Source: Lachnospiraceae bacterium (GTDB lineage Bacteria > Bacillota > Clostridia > Lachnospirales > Lachnospiraceae). Taken from it: a stretch of 64,000 bases of DNA. This document shows positions 26,769 to 35,164 of this stretch, in pieces. The stretch spans positions 211 through 64,210 of the forward strand of contig JAGAQG010000030.1 in the NCBI GenBank assembly GCA_017622875.1, in the 5' to 3' direction. The notes under the pieces were generated by a model. It had not been told where the DNA came from, did no database searches, and saw nothing but the letters and a program-made list of their open reading frames with translations. Within the stretch, counting starts at the first letter, position 1. Each line of letters starts with the position of its first letter. The position numbers and the translations under genes were made by a program.

Positions 26769-27155
26769 TTAAGATTTTTTTATACATGCTTCGCAGGTAC
26801 CGTTAAAGTCTAAGTTTATCTGTTCAATGATACCACTAAAGTTCATAGGGAGTACCCCTGAGAAGTCGGGTGCCTGTTCAAATTCCAAATCCTCTACACT
26901 TCCGCAGCAGTTACAGGTAAAGTGGTAGTGAGGCATGGTATTTGCATCAAATCTGTCTGGTCCGTTACAGGTAATCTTTCTGATCTCACCGATTTCTGAG
27001 AGAAGAGATAAATTTCTGTAAACTGTGCCGAGGCTGATATGAGGAAATTCTTCTCTTACATGGGCGTATACCATGTCGGCAGTGGGGTGATCGTGTCGTC
27101 CAATGAGAAATTCTTTAATGCAGTCTCGTTGGCGGCTGTGCTTTAATGCGGCCAT
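26769..27155 (-). CDS. Fur family transcriptional repressor, PerR-like by context
   Basis: ...HPTADMVYAHVREEFPHISLGTVYRNL winged helix. C-terminal CxxC...CxxC. Adjacent to rubrerythrin. Confidence 0.85.
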   Translation of the reverse strand: MAALKHSRQRDCIKEFLIGRHDHPTADMVYAHVREEFPHISLGTVYRNLSLLSEIGEIRKITCNGPDRFDANTMPHYHFTCNCCGSVEDLEFEQAPDFSGVLPMNFSGIIEQINLDFNGTCEACIKKS

Positions 27156-27182
27156 GGTTCATCCTTTCTTAAATTCAAAAAC

Positions 27183-27230
27183 AATAATTATTACTGATAT
27201 TAGTATAAAATAAAAAAGGGGAATTTGCAA
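27183..27230 (-). promoter_or_regulatory. SigA-type promoter plus the same Fur-family box in front of the regulator gene
   Basis: Minus strand: TTGCAA (27225-30)-N17-TATACT (27202-07), then AATAAT-T-ATTACT at 27183-27195, at the same spacing as at 26706. Confidence 0.6.
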
Positions 27231-27246
27231 CCCCTTTTTTAATATT

Positions 27247-28077
27247 TTAGCTTAATTTATATAGAATTTCCTCAAAGCACACACCGTCAGTCAGCGGGAT
27301 ATCCAGTTCAATAGATTTCACGATACATTTTTTTATAAATAAAGAAGCTTTTCGTACAGAGGTATAAAATTCCACGTCATTGACTGCATCGGCAGCAACA
27401 ATGGAGGAAAAAATGTCTCCGGTACCACAACGGGAAGTTCCTACCTTGTGTGTTTTTATAATAGAAGGTTCTCTGCCGGACTCATAGCAGTAATTTGCCA
27501 CATAGGAGCCTTGTGGGATACCAGTGATCACGATTTTTGCAGGTCCCATTTTTTCAAGTTTTTCTGTCAATTCCCGAAGTTCTTTTAACTTCCAGCGCTT
27601 TTTATATGGTGTATCTGTCAGAATACAGGCTTCTGTCAGATTTGGCGTGATAATGTCGGCATAAGGAACCAGATGCTTCATTTTCTGGCACAGCTCATCG
27701 GTATAGGTGGCATAAGGCTTTCCATCATCTCCCATAATAGGATCCAGAATTACAATGGTATCTTCTGATTTAAAGTGTTTGAAAAAATTTTGTACAATCT
27801 CAATCTGTCTGGCAGAACCAAGAAAACCGGAACAGATTCCGTCAAATTTCAGATCAAGTTTTTTCCATTCTTCAATATAAGGAACCATCTGCTCTGTGAA
27901 ATCTTCAAAAAAGAAGCTGTCATAGCCAGTATGATTGCTGAAAATGGAAGTGGGGATCGGACAGCACTGTACTTTCATATGAGAAATAATAGGAAGCTCC
28001 ACTGCAATTGAGCAGCGGCCAAAGCCGGACATATCGTTAATAATTGCAATTTTTTTTTGTCTGTTGCGGTCAGCCAT
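27247..28077 (-). CDS. Pyridoxal/pyridoxamine kinase (PdxK/PdxY-like)
   Basis: KKIAIINDMSGFGRCSIAVELPIISHMKVQCCPIPTSIFSNHTGY is a typical N-terminus. GTGD near the C-terminus. Confidence 0.8.
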   Translation of the reverse strand: MADRNRQKKIAIINDMSGFGRCSIAVELPIISHMKVQCCPIPTSIFSNHTGYDSFFFEDFTEQMVPYIEEWKKLDLKFDGICSGFLGSARQIEIVQNFFKHFKSEDTIVILDPIMGDDGKPYATYTDELCQKMKHLVPYADIITPNLTEACILTDTPYKKRWKLKELRELTEKLEKMGPAKIVITGIPQGSYVANYCYESGREPSIIKTHKVGTSRCGTGDIFSSIVAADAVNDVEFYTSVRKASLFIKKCIVKSIELDIPLTDGVCFEEILYKLS

Positions 28078-28176
28078 AGCAGAATTCCTTTCTGTAGTTT
28101 GCGATAAGAGTAGTATAGAAAAAAACTGGCTTTTTGAAAATAGCTAATTTAGGATTCTGGTAATTTTTACAATCGG

Positions 28177-28205
28177 TTGACAATAATAGACATAATTGTT
28201 ATAGT
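28177..28205 (+). promoter_or_regulatory. Near-consensus SigA promoter
   Basis: TTGACA-N17-TATAGT with TG at -15/-14, 56 nt before the start codon. Confidence 0.7.
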
Positions 28206-28260
28206 AAATGTAATATTTTTGTAATAAAACGTATTATATTTTTAAAAAATTGAGGTACAC

Positions 28261-29349
28261 ATGAAAAATAAATTTCTGATATATACATTGGCAGCAGTGG
28301 CAGTGCTCTCTTTTGGAAGCATGGAGTCCAAGGCTGCAGCTTTAAGTCTGGGAAGCAGTGCTGGGATTGCCTCCGCGCTGGAAGCCTACGAAGCAAATAC
28401 CATTAATGCAGATAAAAAGATTATGGAATATCTTGATACTGCAGCAACAAACAAGAACCTTTGTATCGCGAAGGTCAATGATTATGTGAATGTAAGAAAA
28501 GGACCAAGCGAAGAGGAAGAGATCGTAGGGAAGTTATACGATAAATCTGCAGGACAGGTTTTGGAAGAAGTAGATGGATGGTATAAAATTTCCTCCGGTT
28601 CCATTTCTGAAGGATATGTAAAAAAGGAATATGTAGTTGTAGGAGAAGAAGCACAGGAACTTGCAAAAGAAGTTGGTACAAGATTTGCTACAGTCATCAC
28701 AGAGACACTCCGTGTACGTGAAGATGCAACTACAGAAAGCTCTATCTTAGGTCTCGTTCCGGAAGGTGAAGAGCTGGTCGTAAAGGAAGAAGTGGAAGGC
28801 TGGGTCAAAGTATCCATCGAAGAAGGTGAAGGCTGGGTTTCCATTGATTATGTAATGCTTCATACTGAATATGTACAGGCAGAGTCAAAAGAAGAAGAGG
28901 CAGCACGTCTTGCAAAAGAAGAGGCAGCAAGAAAGGCAGCCAATGCAGCAGCAGCGAAGAAGTCAGGTTCCGGCAGTCAGGTGGTTGGAAATTCTGCAGG
29001 ATCTTCTTCCGGACAGGCGGTTGCAAATTTTGCAAGCAGATTTGTGGGTAATCCATACGTTTATGGAGGAACAAGCTTAACAAACGGTGCAGACTGCTCT
29101 GGATTTGTTATGAGTGTATATGCGAACTTCGGTGTATCATTACCACACTCTTCAAGTGCTTTGAGAAATGTAGGATATGGAGTATCTTTAAGTCAGGCAC
29201 AGCCAGGTGATATTATTTGTTACTCAGGTCACGTTGGAATTTATGTTGGTAATAATACAATCGTTCATGCAAGTACAGCAGCAACAGGTATTAAATATAC
29301 TTCTCCGGTAACTTACAGACAGGTTCTTGCAGTAAGACGTATTTTCTAA
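28261..29349 (+). CDS. Secreted cell-wall hydrolase: SH3b repeats + C-terminal NlpC/P60 domain
   Basis: Signal peptide. Two VNVRKGPS / LRVREDAT SH3-like units. GADCSGFV catalytic Cys and GHVGIY His. Confidence 0.85.
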   Translation: MKNKFLIYTLAAVAVLSFGSMESKAAALSLGSSAGIASALEAYEANTINADKKIMEYLDTAATNKNLCIAKVNDYVNVRKGPSEEEEIVGKLYDKSAGQVLEEVDGWYKISSGSISEGYVKKEYVVVGEEAQELAKEVGTRFATVITETLRVREDATTESSILGLVPEGEELVVKEEVEGWVKVSIEEGEGWVSIDYVMLHTEYVQAESKEEEAARLAKEEAARKAANAAAAKKSGSGSQVVGNSAGSSSGQAVANFASRFVGNPYVYGGTSLTNGADCSGFVMSVYANFGVSLPHSSSALRNVGYGVSLSQAQPGDIICYSGHVGIYVGNNTIVHASTAATGIKYTSPVTYRQVLAVRRIF

Positions 29350-29396
29350 ACGGTGTTCGTTAACAGTAGATTTTAAACAAAATATTTAAAATGATT

Positions 29397-29440
29397 ACAG
29401 GATTGACAGGAAAACAGGTCAGTCCTGTATTTTATTTTTC
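29397..29440 (+). terminator. Rho-independent terminator
   Basis: ACAGGATTGAC-N10-GTCAGTCCTGT followed by ATTTTATTTTT. Confidence 0.7.
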
Positions 29441-29487
29441 AAAAAAATCAGGTAAAATAGCCGTAAGAAAACAATGGAGGAAAGATT

Positions 29488-30336
29488 ATGAGACAAGTAA
29501 AACTAATTGCGTTAGATATGGATGGAACATTGTTTAATAGTCAGGGAGAAATTTCTGAAAAAGATAAAGATACCTTAAAAAGAGCCACGGAGGCAGGCGT
29601 TGCAGTAGCTGTGGCCACTGGAAGAGCTTATTCAGAGCTGCCGATAGAAATGCTTTATGAAATCGGCGTTCGCTATGCTATTACGGGAAATGGTTCTGGT
29701 GTCTATAAACTTCCGAATATGGAATGCGTATTTTCAGATTGCCTGGATCATGAGGTGGTATGTACCATTATTGAGGAATTGAAAAAGCTGGATGTGTATT
29801 ATGATGTTTATATTGAGGGACTTGTATATTGTCCAAGGTCAGTCTGTCATAATATCAGAAAAATGGATATGCCGGAGTCTTTGTATGAGCATATTGAAAA
29901 AACGAGAATCGTAGTGGATGATCTGCCGGAATATATTAAGGGCACCGGGAAGCAGGTAGAAAAGGCAACGATCAATTTTGCGTTATTAGAGGACGGTACT
30001 TATCTTGACCGCGACCGCACAACAGAGATTTTAGAGCGTTATCCACAGGTGCAGTATCTGTGCGGCGGATTTCATAACTGGGAATTTACAAGAGCAGGTG
30101 TTACGAAAGGCACTGGCTTAAGATTTCTGGCAGAACGCATAGGTGTGGATATGGATCAGACGATGGCCTGTGGAGACTCTGAAAATGACTTATTTATGTT
30201 AAAGGAAGCTTATGTGGCGGTAGCGATGGAAAATGCAACAGAACAGATTAAGCAAACAGCAAATTACGTGACCCTTTCTAATGATGAGAGCGGTGTGGCA
30301 TATGCTGTGGAGCGGTTTGTATTTGGTAAGAACTAG
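29488..30336 (+). CDS. Cof-type HAD-IIB hydrolase
   Basis: LIALDMDGTLFNS motif I and the GDSENDLFML motif. Confidence 0.85.
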   Translation: MRQVKLIALDMDGTLFNSQGEISEKDKDTLKRATEAGVAVAVATGRAYSELPIEMLYEIGVRYAITGNGSGVYKLPNMECVFSDCLDHEVVCTIIEELKKLDVYYDVYIEGLVYCPRSVCHNIRKMDMPESLYEHIEKTRIVVDDLPEYIKGTGKQVEKATINFALLEDGTYLDRDRTTEILERYPQVQYLCGGFHNWEFTRAGVTKGTGLRFLAERIGVDMDQTMACGDSENDLFMLKEAYVAVAMENATEQIKQTANYVTLSNDESGVAYAVERFVFGKN

Positions 30337-30338
30337 GC

Positions 30339-30771
30339 AGTGGATAAGTTATCCCCAATTATCCACATTTTCCACATAGGGGGTGTGGATAAAAAATGTG
30401 GAAGAAAAAGTGAAAATCAGCAGTTTGCACAATCAAATTTTTTTGTCGAAAAAAAATGCCCAAACTTTTAAAAAGCAAAAAAAAGTTATCCACATCTAAA
30501 AATGTGGGAAATATGGAAAAATCCAACTTATCAACCGAGTTATCCACTTCGTCCACATAAAATTTTAGGATTTTCCACGGTTTACATAGTTTTTTTCGAA
30601 ACAAATGTTTTGTGACATTTTGATAAAGTTCACAAATGTGGATAGATTTTTTGAAAAAAATGTTGACTTTTGGAATGTCAAAAAATAGAAAATACCGTTG
30701 TAAATTGTCAGAAAATTCAGAATAATATCAACACTTTTCAAGTGAGAGGATTTGTTGTAGAATGTGGATAG
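30339..30771. promoter_or_regulatory. DnaA-box cluster (3 perfect plus 6 one-mismatch TTATCCACA boxes) with one Spo0A box
   Basis: Perfect boxes: 30359-67 (+), 30384-92 (-), 30486-94 (+). One mismatch: 30339-47, 30349-57, 30368-76, 30540-48, 30637-45, 30763-71. TGTCGAA at 30444-50 sits inside TTTTTTTGTCGAAAAAAAA. Confidence 0.75.
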
Positions 30772-30792
30772 TCAAATTATAAGGAGAAAATC

Positions 30793-31437
30793 ATGCGATT
30801 AAGAAATATTAAGGGCTCCAGAGAGGTCATTGGGGCGAGCGATTACGTGGTACATGAAGAGGAGACAAAGGCCGGAACATGGCATGAGATTTTTGGAAAT
30901 GATCATCCAATCTATATTGAAGTAGGGATGGGAAAGGGTCAGTTTATTATGGCACTGGCAAAGCGTCATCCGGAAAACAATTATGTGGGAATTGAAAAAT
31001 ACAGCAGTGTGCTGCTTAGAGCATTGGAGAAAATGGATAAAGAGGAAGAGCCGCTTCCAAACCTGGTATTTATCCGTATGGATGCAGAAAATATTGAAAA
31101 AGTATTTGCAGAAGGAGAGGTTGATGGTATCTACTTGAATTTCTCTGATCCATGGCCAAAGGATCGTCATGCAAAAAGACGTCTGACAAGCACCACATTT
31201 TTCGGACGCTATAACAAGATTCTGAAAAAAGACGGGAAAGTAGAGTTTAAGACAGATAATCGTCCGCTGTTTGAATTTTCTTTAGAATCTGTAAAGGAAG
31301 CTGGATGGAATCTGGTGGCACATACCTTTGATCTTCACCATAATGAGGAGATGAATGAGGGAAATATTATGACGGAATATGAGGAGAAATTTTCCTCTCA
31401 GGGGAATCCGATTTGTAAGCTGATTGCTGACCGATAA
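30793..31437 (+). CDS. trmB: tRNA (guanine46-N7)-methyltransferase
   Basis: Length and motifs match (EVGMGKGQF SAM site, FSDPWPKDRHAKRR). RBS AAGGAGAA. Confidence 0.9.
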   Translation: MRLRNIKGSREVIGASDYVVHEEETKAGTWHEIFGNDHPIYIEVGMGKGQFIMALAKRHPENNYVGIEKYSSVLLRALEKMDKEEEPLPNLVFIRMDAENIEKVFAEGEVDGIYLNFSDPWPKDRHAKRRLTSTTFFGRYNKILKKDGKVEFKTDNRPLFEFSLESVKEAGWNLVAHTFDLHHNEEMNEGNIMTEYEEKFSSQGNPICKLIADR

Positions 31438-31455
31438 AAAAATTAAAAAAAGTAC

Positions 31456-31484
31456 TTGCATTTTTTGATGCAACTGTATATAAT
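31456..31484 (+). promoter_or_regulatory. SigA promoter of tRNA-Lys
   Basis: TTGCAT-N17-TATAAT, 30 nt before the tRNA 5' end. Confidence 0.7.
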
Positions 31485-31513
31485 AACTCTTGCGTTGAAA
31501 AATGCATAGAGAT

Positions 31514-31586
31514 GCACCTTTAGCTCAGTTGGTAGAGCACCTGACTCTTAATCAGGGTGTCCAGGGTTCGAGCCCCTGAAGGTGCA
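31514..31586 (+). tRNA. tRNA-Lys(CTT): tRNA-Lys, anticodon CTT, CCA not encoded
   Basis: Acceptor GCACCTT/AAGGTGC, anticodon stem CCTGA/TCAGG, loop CTCTTAA, T-arm CAGGG-TTCGAGC-CCCTG. Confidence 0.95.
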
Positions 31587-31713
31587 CTGGAAGTACTGTT
31601 TTTGAGGTTCAGCCTTGGGGACGGTGCTTTTTTTGTGCAGAAAGATATACTTTATGATACACTAAAAAAACGTGTGAAAATTAAGAAGAATTAAGAAAGA
31701 AGCAGGTGAGAAA

Positions 31714-33078
31714 ATGCAGGAAGAAGTAAGACAGGAAAATAAGATGGGCGTTATGCCTGTCCCGAAACTAATCATTACTATGTCTTTGCCAATCATGGCA
31801 TCCATGCTGGTACAGGCATTATACAACATTGTAGACAGCATATTCGTTGCGCAGATCAGCGAAAACGCGCTGACAGCAGTTTCTATGGCGTTTCCGCTGC
31901 AGAATCTGATGATTGCAGTTGCTACTGGTACTGCAGTAGGTGTCAATGCGCTCCTTTCCAGAAACCTGGGAGCAAAGGATTTTAAAAAAGTAAATAAAAT
32001 TGCCAACCATGCAATTTTCCTTGCAGTGGCAAGTTATCTGGTGTTTTTGATCATTGGATGGTTTGGTTCAGAACCTTTTTTCAGAAGTCAGACAGATATT
32101 GAGGAAATTGTGATTTATGGAACAGAGTATACAAAGATCTGTTGCTGTTTGAGTTTGGGTGTATTTATTTCCATTTTCTGTGAACGTATGCTTCAGGCAA
32201 CGGGCAGAACCGTATATTCTATGGTAACACAGGGACTTGGAGCGATTACAAACATCATCCTTGACCCAATTTTGATCTTTGGTATGTTCGGGTTTCCGAA
32301 AATGGGTGTTGCAGGTGCAGCGCTTGCTACGGTGATTGGTCAGTTCGTTGGTGCGATTGCAGGTTTTATTTTAAATAAGAAAAAGAATAAGGAAATTGAT
32401 ATTCACTTAAGAGAATTTCGTCCGGATTTTGCATTGATCAAACAGATTTATGCAATCGGGGTTCCATCAATTGTTATGGCATCTATCGGTTCCGTGATGA
32501 ATTATGGTATGAACCGTATTCTGTTAGGATTTACGTCCACAGCGGCAGCGGTATTTGGTGTTTACTTTAAGCTTCAGAGTTTTATCTTTATGCCGGTGTT
32601 TGGATTGAACAATGGGGTAATTCCGGTTGTTGCTTACAATTATGGAGCTGGAAACAGAGAACGTGTGAAAAAGGCGATTAAGACAAGTATTATTATTGCA
32701 GTATGTATCATGATTGTGGGACTTATCGTATTCCAGACAATCCCGGATGTGCTGTTAAAGATGTTCGATGCTTCTGAGACAATGCTGTTTATTGGTGTTC
32801 CGGCACTTCGTGTGATCAGCTTAAGCTTTGTATTTGCAGGCTTTTGTATCGCATGCTCCAGTATATTCCAGGCACTAGGCCATGCATTCTACAGTATGAT
32901 CATGTCTGTCGCAAGACAGCTTCTGGTTCTTTTGCCGGTGGCGTATCTTTTTGCACTGAGCGGGGAAGTCAGACTGGTATGGTTTGCATTTCCGATTGCC
33001 GAGTTTGCATCTTTGATAGCAAGTATTGTATTTATGATTCGTTTAAATAAGAATGTGATTTCCAAAATTGGAGAATAA
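31714..33078 (+). CDS. MATE family efflux transporter
   Basis: 12-TM protein. The N-terminal PKLIITMSLPIMASMLVQALYNIVDSIFVAQ pattern is typical of MATE/NorM transporters. Confidence 0.9.
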   Translation: MQEEVRQENKMGVMPVPKLIITMSLPIMASMLVQALYNIVDSIFVAQISENALTAVSMAFPLQNLMIAVATGTAVGVNALLSRNLGAKDFKKVNKIANHAIFLAVASYLVFLIIGWFGSEPFFRSQTDIEEIVIYGTEYTKICCCLSLGVFISIFCERMLQATGRTVYSMVTQGLGAITNIILDPILIFGMFGFPKMGVAGAALATVIGQFVGAIAGFILNKKKNKEIDIHLREFRPDFALIKQIYAIGVPSIVMASIGSVMNYGMNRILLGFTSTAAAVFGVYFKLQSFIFMPVFGLNNGVIPVVAYNYGAGNRERVKKAIKTSIIIAVCIMIVGLIVFQTIPDVLLKMFDASETMLFIGVPALRVISLSFVFAGFCIACSSIFQALGHAFYSMIMSVARQLLVLLPVAYLFALSGEVRLVWFAFPIAEFASLIASIVFMIRLNKNVISKIGE

Positions 33079-33095
33079 AAGAACGTAAAAAGATT

Positions 33096-33129
33096 CCCTA
33101 TGAACAATGAAGTTTCATAGGGAGTTTTT
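33096..33129. terminator. Bidirectional terminator between convergent genes
   Basis: CCCTATGAA-N8-TTCATAGGG flanked by an A-run and a T-run. Confidence 0.7.
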
Positions 33130-33135
33130 ATGTAT

Positions 33136-33540
33136 TTATTCAATTTCTAACAGTTTGTTAATCTCACCTTGAGCATAGGAGAGATCTCCCATTTTATTGG
33201 AAGCGTCGTCCATTTGATTTTTGGAACGTTCTAAAAGTTCATTGTCATTTTCCTGTAGTGCAAGCTTATAGTCGACAGCAGCTTCATAGTACCTTGCAAT
33301 GGCGTAACATTCTTCCATGGTCTTAGTTGTTTTTGCATCAGAGACAATGTTTCTGTGGTAATCAGACACCAGATCACCGTATCGTCCATCTTCCAGTGCG
33401 TAGAGCATGGAGTCTTCAGAAACTGTATAGACCCTCATCCCATCAGCCATTTCAAAGATTCCCATTCCTGTAAAAAGAATGATGAGGAAGGCAAGAACAA
33501 TGATGACAATGTTTGTGACTATGTGAAAAGTCTTACTCAT
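33136..33540 (-). CDS. Membrane-anchored hypothetical protein, short paralogue of the two upstream genes
   Basis: N-terminal TM helix. LEDGRYGDLVSDY motif shared with neighbours. RBS AAGGAGG. Overlaps the upstream stop. Confidence 0.6.
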   Translation of the reverse strand: MSKTFHIVTNIVIIVLAFLIILFTGMGIFEMADGMRVYTVSEDSMLYALEDGRYGDLVSDYHRNIVSDAKTTKTMEECYAIARYYEAAVDYKLALQENDNELLERSKNQMDDASNKMGDLSYAQGEINKLLEIE

Positions 33541-34285
33541 GTTCTGCGTACCTCCTTTCGATAAATACCTGTTTTTCCGCCGGAGAGAATTCTCTGAATG
33601 TCTCCATTTCTTCTTCGGTGATGGAGAAAGTCAGCTGCAGCAGATTTTCAATTTTTTCCGTAATGCGTTCTACAGCATCCAAATGTCTCTGATCATAAGC
33701 CCCGATTTCGTAGTAGTAATCATAAGGCTCCCGTTCTGCAGCCTCGTAATAATAATTAAGAGATTGGCATAAATATTTCAATGCATCATCATGAGAACCT
33801 TCCCAGGGTTCTTCTTCCAGTAGTCTGGTGATGTAGTTAAAAATATTAGTGTAATTGGATGCAGCATTGTAGACATATCGATATTCCTCGTAGGCATCTG
33901 CTCCGTACAGGGATTTCTGGTCGTACAATGCAGCGAAAGAGAGAAAATCGCCTTCTTCTTCATATTGATCTAACATTGCGCAGTATTTTTCGCTGTTAGT
34001 GGCGGCCTGCAATTTTGTAATACTGTATGCAATATTCCAACTAAAACCTAAGAATAAAAAACTTAGGATCAATAGAATTACCATGATACAAAGAATTATA
34101 ATGCGCATGGATTTCTGTGCATTTTCCCCTGCAGTTCTTAAGACCGAGGATTGGGTTCTTTCAAATTCTCCGGAAAAACGATTCATTTCCTGACGATGCT
34201 TTATGGCGTCCGGATTTGGTGTCCCGCAATATGGACATTTTTCATCTTCTAAAGACAGAGGGGCGTTACATGACTGACATCTCAT
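33533..34285 (-). CDS. Zinc-ribbon / single-TM protein of unknown function
   Basis: CQSCNAPL..CPYCGTPNP, a TM helix, then a Tyr/acidic-rich domain (DQYEEEGDFLSFAALY). Confidence 0.65.
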   Translation of the reverse strand: MRCQSCNAPLSLEDEKCPYCGTPNPDAIKHRQEMNRFSGEFERTQSSVLRTAGENAQKSMRIIILCIMVILLILSFLFLGFSWNIAYSITKLQAATNSEKYCAMLDQYEEEGDFLSFAALYDQKSLYGADAYEEYRYVYNAASNYTNIFNYITRLLEEEPWEGSHDDALKYLCQSLNYYYEAAEREPYDYYYEIGAYDQRHLDAVERITEKIENLLQLTFSITEEEMETFREFSPAEKQVFIERRYAEHE

Positions 34286-34296
34286 AGGCAGTCCTC

Positions 34297-35055
34297 CTAG
34301 TATATTCTTTTATAGACCTTTTGGCTGAATTTATCGATATCAGACCAGGATGGATATTCGTTTGCATTTAGAAGGTCGTTGAACTCTTTGAGTTCTTCTT
34401 CCGTCAGAGAAAGGCTGTCAATGACCGCTTCCATTTCTTCTTCAAAGGAAGAGACCAGTTCCTGGTCGGCTTTCTCCATAGGATATCCTTTTTGATAATA
34501 ATGATTGGAGATATAGCAGTAGAGCAGCTCCTGCATATCGTAGTCAGAAAAGTTATCCGTGTCCAATTTCTCTGCTGCATCTCGGAAAAAGGTTAAATTT
34601 TCGTAGCAGATTAAAAATGCATAATGATCCCAACTGTAAAAGTCTGCATTTTCATTTTCGGACATAGAGGTGTGATAAAAGGTCAAAAGTCCTTCATAAT
34701 CCCCTGCTTCGTAATATTCATCTGCCACAGGGTATGCCTCTTTTGTAAAAAGAAGTACCTGTTTTTCATCTCTGGAGCTAAAGGAATCTAAATGAAAGCA
34801 CATGAAAAACAAAAGCATCAGTACAGCCAGAATACTTATGATGATCAGAACAATTTTTCGTACATGTTTTACCTGCGTTTTTAGTTCGTTAGTATACATT
34901 TGGGGAACAGATTTTTCCAGGGTATCCAGATTTTCTTTCATGTTCTCCAGTTTATCCATATATTCTTTCTGAGCACCGGCATAATGAAAGTCACCACAGT
35001 AAGGACACTTTGGAAGATCATCATCAAAATGAGCACCACAGTTGTTGCAAATCAT
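34297..35055 (-). CDS. Zinc-ribbon / single-TM protein of unknown function (paralogue)
   Basis: CNNCGAHF..CPYCGDFHY, a TM helix, then DEYYEAGDYEGLLTFY. RBS AAAGGAG. Confidence 0.65.
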   Translation of the reverse strand: MICNNCGAHFDDDLPKCPYCGDFHYAGAQKEYMDKLENMKENLDTLEKSVPQMYTNELKTQVKHVRKIVLIIISILAVLMLLFFMCFHLDSFSSRDEKQVLLFTKEAYPVADEYYEAGDYEGLLTFYHTSMSENENADFYSWDHYAFLICYENLTFFRDAAEKLDTDNFSDYDMQELLYCYISNHYYQKGYPMEKADQELVSSFEEEMEAVIDSLSLTEEELKEFNDLLNANEYPSWSDIDKFSQKVYKRIY

Positions 35056-35164
35056 GGAAATCTCCTTTATATTTTAATTTATGTGCGGGAGATGAACTCT
35101 CGCAGTCTTTGGAATGAGTATATCATATCCGGGACAGCAAAAGAAAACTTTTAGGAGAAATGTT

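Noticed and set aside
28078-28260. Possible c-di-AMP (ydaO-type) riboswitch upstream of the NlpC/P60 hydrolase
   Set aside because: A near-consensus promoter lies only about 56 nt before the ATG. The leader is too short and lacks the conserved pseudo-symmetric helices.
30359-30604. 81-aa minus-strand ORF within the DnaA-box cluster, and small + strand ORFs (15-33 aa) as Sda-like peptides
   Set aside because: None has an SD. The sequences are low-complexity products of the A/T runs and box repeats, and none resembles Sda.
30339-30771. Interpretation of the DnaA-box cluster as the chromosomal oriC
   Set aside because: There is no dnaA, dnaN or rpmH nearby, and no gene-strand switch around the site. 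Secondary DnaA-box clusters are known, so it is kept as a regulatory or titration site pending data.
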